From NCBI GenBank assembly GCA_951406725.2, contig OX597839.1, positions 17,236,001 to 17,300,000 on the forward strand: 64,000 nt of DNA. The letters run 5' to 3'. Below the pieces are notes generated by a model, which saw only the letters and a program-made list of their open reading frames with translations, was not told the DNA's origin and searched no databases. The stretch comes from Octopus vulgaris (Eukaryota). How positions within the stretch are numbered: position 1 is the stretch's first letter; each line of letters starts with the position of its first letter. This document shows positions 58,016 to 64,000 of the stretch, piece by piece. The translations under genes were made by a program, and so were the position numbers.

Positions 58016-58378
58016 CATATATTAACTGTCCTTCTACAAGTATGTAACCTTTTCTTGATGTACAAAATCAGTGTAGGAACACTTTATGGCAGAAATAACT
58101 ATGTTAAATTGTAGTATACATACATATGTACATACATACATATATATATATATAATTTATATATATATATACATATATCATATATGACTAACATTAACTT
58201 GCACACCATCAGTTATGATGATGGGTGTTCCAGTTGATCTGAACAATGGAACAACTTGCTTGTGGAATTAATGTGCAAGTGGCTGAACATTCCACGATAC
58301 AGTTCTATATTTAAGAGATGAAGAATTATATACATTATTTACAGTCGACGTATATTTGTCATCATCTTGTTTGTTGTT

Positions 58379-58424
58379 AACACAACATTTCGGGTGATAT
58401 ACCCTCCAGCCTTCTTCAGGTGTC
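58379..58424 (-). ncRNA. minimal type I hammerhead motif (left arm)
   Basis: GACAC-CTGAAGA-A-GGCTG GAGGGTATAT CACCC-GAAA-TGTT-GTGTT. Confidence 0.7.
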
Positions 58425-58725
58425 TTGGGGAAATTTCGAACCTGAGTTCTCATTCCTAAGGTATTTTTCAATGCTGTTATTATTATTATTATTGTTAGTG
58501 TTTAGGTTACTGCTTGGAATTGAACTCGGAATCTTGGTATTAAGCACTATACCATATGCCCACGGGCATATAGCGTAGTGGTTAAGAGCGTGGGCTACTA
58601 ACCCCAAGATTCTGAGTTCGATTCCAAACAGTGACCTGAACATTAACAATAATAATAATAATAATAATGATAACAACATTGAAAAATACCTTAGGAATGA
58701 GAAATCAAGTTCGAAATTTCCCCAA

Positions 58726-58771
58726 AACACCTGAAGAAGGCTGGAGGGTTTTCCAGCCAAAACTTTGTGTT
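58726..58771 (+). ncRNA. minimal type I hammerhead motif (right arm), GAAA mutated to AAAA
   Basis: AACAC-CTGAAGA-A-GGCTGG AGGGTTTT CCAGCC-AAAA-CTTT-GTGTT; stems I and II are perfect. Confidence 0.65.
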
Positions 58772-59646
58772 AACAAAAAACAAGATGAGGACAAATATCC
58801 GTCAAATGTAAATAATGATTCCTCAACGATGTGTACACTTAACATAGTTCTCAGGAAGATTCAGCATGACACGGAATGTGACAAGGCTGGCTGGCCATTT
58901 GAATTACAGGTACAACTCATTGTTGCCAGCTGACTGGACTGATGCAATATGAAATAAAGTATCTTGCTCAAGGACACAGCCTACCACCAGAAACTGAATT
59001 CACAACTTCATGATCATGAGCCAAATACCTTAATAAATAAGAAATACGCTTTATATATGCAAGTATATATATATACTATGTATGTTTATATACACATACA
59101 ATATTCTAGTGCACACACACATATATATGATATACATATATTTATATATATGATGTGAATACACACTTTATATTCTGTTGAAAAAATATATATATATATA
59201 TTAATATTGTAGTAAGTATACATGTATATACGTACATATATTAGTAAATATATATTATATATATTTATATCATATATGTTATATATACACACATAATATA
59301 TTACATTATATATGTATATATACATACACACACAAACATATATGTATATTTTTATATATATATTACATCATATATATATATATGTGTGTGTGCATGAATA
59401 TATATTATACATGTGTGTGTGTGTATATCTATATCTATATCTATCTATCCATATATATACACACACACACACATGTGTGTATGTGTTTGTATGTATACAT
59501 ACATACATATATAATATGAAAATGCCATGTTATTTGTAAGCTGGATTAACCTTGATCACATTAGTTAATCCAGCTTTTGAAGAAAACTGTTAGACTTTGC
59601 ATCTTTGTATAAGTTCTGTACTGTATAAAATTGCTTTACCTCATAA

Positions 59647-59712
<66 letters not shown>

Positions 59713-62700
59713 ACACACACATGTATACATAAAGTTTTATTATGTAGTTGTATTTAGTTGTCTTTCTTTGTTTCTTGCTTAGTTTTCTCTCTCTTCATCC
59801 TTGCATTATTACATCTCTCTTGATTTCACTTCTTTCTTAGTTTGTCTCTTAATATCTCTATCATGCTCCACATTCACCTCTCTTTGCTTTTTATTTTGCT
59901 GTCTTTCTCTTTTTCTCCTCTCAGTTCTATGTCCTCTCTCTTTCTCTCTCTCTGTTGCTTCTGATTTATGTGTCATACTCTAGAACACTTTCTGTGTATG
60001 TATGTGCGCCTTTTTAGACAATTTCATCCAGAATCAATTGAGTTTAGAGTTAGGTAACATCCATGTAATAAGGAGGTAGATAGATGGAAAGCTATCATAA
60101 TGTAGTGTAACTATCATTATCTTAATGATAATGTCAAAGCAACCTGGAATAACAACATGTCAGATGCTGTGGAAGAAAATTATTGGCTATTAATTTCTCA
60201 TATTTTTATATTGTTTTCACATCGGTGAATAAAGGGTAAAAGGAAATGTAGAGCAATCACACCATTTCCTTTTCCCTTCTCCTCTCCTTTTCCTCCCCTT
60301 CTCTCTTCTTGTCCTCTCTCCTACCCTCCCCTCCTCTTCCTCGCCTCCCTTCTCCCCCTCTTCTTCTCCCCTTCTCTTCACTCTTCCTCCATTCTTCTTC
60401 ACCACTTGGGAACTGGCTTTGGTTTGTTTACATTCCTGTAACTTAGCAGTTCAGGAAAAGATACTTGTAGAATAAGTACCAGATTTAAACAATAATAAAT
60501 ACTGGGGTTGCTTTTTTCGTGAATCCCTTCAAGGTGGCATCCTAGCATGGCCACAATCCAATGATTGAAACAAGCAAAAAAAATACAGAGATATTCAAGG
60601 ATAATTTACTATATGGGTTGTAATTTGAGATAAGCATTTGTATGCTGGGGATGTCGCTGTACTCCATCTCTGAATGTTGGAGTCAATGTCTCATCTGGTA
60701 GTGAAGCAGCTTCTTCTGCTGCAACACCCAAGCTAGTACCACTCACCAATGTAGGTGACAAAACTCCCACACATCAACACAAGCTTTGTAGAGTGAAACA
60801 TTACAGCTCTGCATCAGATGTTCCTTTCATCCTCAATGCTTATTCTTGCTACACCACTTATCCTCTCTCTTGAGTCAGATATAATGGCTTGCTTTCTCAG
60901 TGGCTTCTGACAATTTTCTGCCAACCTCTTCATTTCTCCCACACACTGCACAAGAAATCAAAAATGGTCCATTACAAAAACCGGTTGTTGACCCCTGATG
61001 TAGAATCTCCCTGAACTGTGGCCAAGCTGGGGAAGAGTCTTCTTGAATAAAATTGATTATATTTCTCCTAATACCTGTTTTATTTACTAGCATTTATTTA
61101 ATTCATCTTGGAAAAGACAGTAAAAGCAGTTACTGGTAATGTGAAAACTTGTTAGGGCAGTGATCAAAACGTTTGCATTATTTTGTTGCACCCTGTGACA
61201 TTTTGAGTTCAAATTTAGCTGATGTCATACTTGCTTTTCATTGTTCTTGGATTGATAAAGCAAAATTCAGTTAAATACTGAAATTGGCAGGATCATTAAA
61301 GCACTGAAAAAAAAAAAAAAAACCTGAAGAGTCCAATTACAACCTTACATTCTGAGTTCAAGTTTGAGACAGACTTTACCTTTCATCCTTCAGGAATTAG
61401 TAAAATAAGGTATCTAATAGAGGTGATTTTCTATTTCTATAAACCCTTGTGAGTGAATTTGGTAACTGGAAACTGTTTGAGAACAAGTGTTGGCTTGCTC
61501 ACATTCCTATAACTTTGTGATTCAGCAAAAGAGACCAACAAAATAAGTGTCAAATTTAAAAATAAGAACTGGAGTTGATTTGTTTAACTAAACCCTTCAA
61601 GGCAGTGTTCCAGCTTGGCCACATTCCAATGAGTGAAAAAAGTAAAAGATAAAATAAAGTACCAATAAACTTAAAGAGGTGATTCATTCTTCCTATAAAG
61701 TGTACAATATGAATGGAATTATAATAATTGAAGACAGAAAAAGATGATCACCACCATCAAAACCCAAACTTTCAGTCCTGAACCATCAGACCTAGAATCA
61801 AAGACAGGCTTGTTGCGATGCCTTGTGTTGTTTTTACCTCAGATATAGTATATCTAGGATTGTATTAGACAACAGGCAGTGTTTTAAAGATTTGGCTGCT
61901 GTTTATGATAACTTGAGCCACCACAGAGACCCTAACACTAACAGAATTGAAAATGGACGAATGGAATATTGTAGAATATGATTTGTGGAATGTTTTGTGT
62001 TTTGTTTATGCATCAAAACCCTAAGTGTGTGTCCTTGTGCTTAGCCAACAAAACTCCATATAATCACCTCAATGCCCCACCCCATCAATTCTCATTTTTT
62101 ATAAATAGGGTTTTTGATGACATCACTTCAAAGTCAAAATTCCCTTAGTTTTCCAAGAGCCTTCTCTAATGTTGCTATTATGATTTATCATCTAAACTAA
62201 CTAATTAATTAAAAGAACCGTATAACCAAGTTAAACTAACTTATTGACTGAAGAATGCAAGTGTTTCCAAGAATTTTTCGCTACTATGGTTTTATTGTCT
62301 TTATATATCGTGTAATGTTTGAAAATACATGCATCATTTAGCCTGAAGAAAGAAACATTATACGTATGGGGAATTGGACGTTTGGAAGTTAAGTTCTTTC
62401 ATTTGTCTCAACTTCAGTATCACTAGGTTTCATGGGGATTGTAGTAATGTGTTTTAGAGTAATTAAAATTGGTGATAAAATTAATTAGGCGCTGGAACAT
62501 CTCTTCTGTTATTCTCTTCATCATCATTAGGAAGCTGTTCTATTTTCTATTATAATTGGTCTCAAATATTGATGTGGATTTGTTTATTTGCTTACAAGAT
62601 GTATTCACGGTTGTATGCTTAGGAAGAAGTTCACTTCACAAACATATGGTTTTGTGTTCAGTTCCACTTTATAGCACTTTGGGCAAGTGTCTTTTACTAT

Positions 62701-62779
62701 AGCTGTGGATTAACCAATACCTCATGAGTGAAATATGGTGGATGAAGACTGCAAGAATGCTTATTCTGTGTGTGTGTAT

Positions 62780-63703
62780 ACTAGCAGACATACCTGTCGT
62801 TGCTCAGGATTTAAATGGCATAGTTTGTATATATATATAGTACAGTTAAGTTGAAACATGATATGGGGAAGTGCAGCATTGATGACAATTTGTGGAGAAA
62901 ATGAAGGGCTAATTCAACTAAGTAACATGTTATGCATCTGTTTGGGAGATTCCAGACCCAAATCTTGTCATGGAAAAGTTGTGGGGGTGGCATGTGATTT
63001 TTGAATGCACCAAAAAGTCTCCTTTGTGGTTGTTGCCACTGCAGCTACCACACTGAACAATCAGCAGTCATATGTGTTAAATTAAGCCTGTGGGCGTGCT
63101 CAATCTCACCACATGAGAGAAATCCATATGAACGAAATGACATAAGGGGGAGGACTGGCAAAGAAGCACTTGAAAACAAAACTGTCAAGTGATATCTTGG
63201 TTTGGAATCAATAGTCGTGGCTCAACCATGCACTCCTTCATGTAAACAGTGTGCGACCATTGTGAAGACAACTCAGCTCCCAAACGTAAACAATTCTGCA
63301 TACAGTGTTGGGGTATGCTAGGTCACATTATGGACATAGTCTTTAACAAACGTGGATGGGTCACATGATGTTGGGTTGCTGACATGGTTGGGAATCAACA
63401 GTCATGGCTCAACTGGGCACTCCTTCATGTAAACAGGGTATGACCATTGTGAAGACAATTCAGCTCTCAAACGAAAACAATTTTGCATGCAGCATCTGGT
63501 CATGCAAGGCCACATTAAGGACACAGTCTCTAACTAACATGGTTGGGTCTTAGACACCATAAATTAGTAGGTCAATGTACATGCGATATTTTGGTTAGTA
63601 ATCAATAGCTGAAGAATATTTGTATGGGCTTCATCTATGCTTAGAAAAAAGACTTTGGTACTGAAGCTAAAAGAGTATAGTTGAATTGTTGCTCAGGATT
63701 TAA
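62780..63703 (+). mobile_element. Helitron/Helentron-like non-autonomous relic with a decayed helicase fragment
   Basis: Starts ACTAGCAGACATACCTGTCGTTGCTCAGG (DINE/HINE-like terminus); frameshifted GKVVGVACDF and VKLSLW resemble Helitron PIF1 motifs GGKVVxxxGDF and KxSxLW; right boundary uncertain. Confidence 0.5.
63199..63550. repeat. diverged tandem duplication, period 187 bp
   Basis: GGAATCAA.AGTC.TGGCTCAAC...GCACTCCTTCATGTAAACAG..GACCATTGTGAAGACAA starts at 63199 and again at 63386. Confidence 0.9.
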
Positions 63704-64000
63704 CATATTTTAGCATATTTTTCATAATAAGCATAGTGCATTCCAAATGGGTTTTTCTTCCAACAAATTGCTACCTATAGTACTATGGGAACAAGCTATT
63801 ATTGCTACCACTTATACAACCTAGTTTAAAGTCTACATTGGCACATCCATTTAATACAACCTACTTATATTACTTCAGTAGCTGTTTTTTCCACTTTGAA
63901 CAGAAGCAATGCATGGACAATGTGGACAATCATGGCCTAAGAAATGGAGTTTTCTGTCCCCAGGGGCCCCAATACTCATTATATGAAAAATTTTAAGAGT

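Larger units (their letters stand above)
58298..58825. mobile_element. palindromic head-to-head element: tRNA-like head + (AAT)n + hammerhead-bearing tail, in both orientations
   Basis: Centre ATATGCCC-AC-GGGCATAT (58554-58571); A box TAGCGTAGTGG 58571-58581; B box GTTCGATTCC 58616-58625; arms are reverse complements over ~250 bp; HHR motifs at 58379-58424 (-) and 58726-58771 (+). Confidence 0.88.
58200..59040 (-). mobile_element. old tRNA SINE (24657-type) split by the palindromic element
   Basis: 58200-58297 and 58826-59040 are consecutive parts of the reverse complement of the 24657 family. Confidence 0.7.

Noticed and set aside
60600-61080. Unique-looking segment as a coding exon
   Set aside because: Frames on both strands are short; fragments (GVARIS, WPQFREIL) hint at a decayed RTE LINE, and I cannot assign it.

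Overview
This is AT-rich animal genomic DNA dominated by repeats. The SINE families and very long (TA)n/(TATG)n/(CA)n arrays suggest an octopus or other coleoid cephalopod (inference). I can support no intact protein-coding gene. Nearly all long ORFs in the track are Y/I/M/C/V/H/T artefacts of microsatellites. The window holds dozens of tRNA-derived SINE copies in at least three families, and two full-length but decayed DD34D mariners (9.9-11.2 kb, 46.8-48.1 kb). It also holds other Tc1/mariner relics, hAT, pogo-like and piggyBac-like MITEs, and LINE relics (a young CRE-type RLE 3' end whose 3'UTR occurs twice, plus CR1-like, RTE-like and R4-like pieces). A Helitron-like relic lies near the right end. 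The most notable signal is a set of type I hammerhead-ribozyme (HHR) motifs of Penelope-like design in five different sequence families, several sitting in (TA)n tracts. The best example is a ~530-bp palindrome (58.3-58.8 kb) of two head-to-head units, each a tRNA-like Pol III head plus an HHR-bearing tail. It looks like a ribozyme-carrying SINE/retrozyme hybrid. Other observations: a ~660-bp nested foldback (45.4-46.1 kb), a perfect 41-bp hairpin at a mariner end, and an apparent switch to CpG-depleted sequence near 46.5 kb. Coordinates were read by eye and may be off by a few bases.
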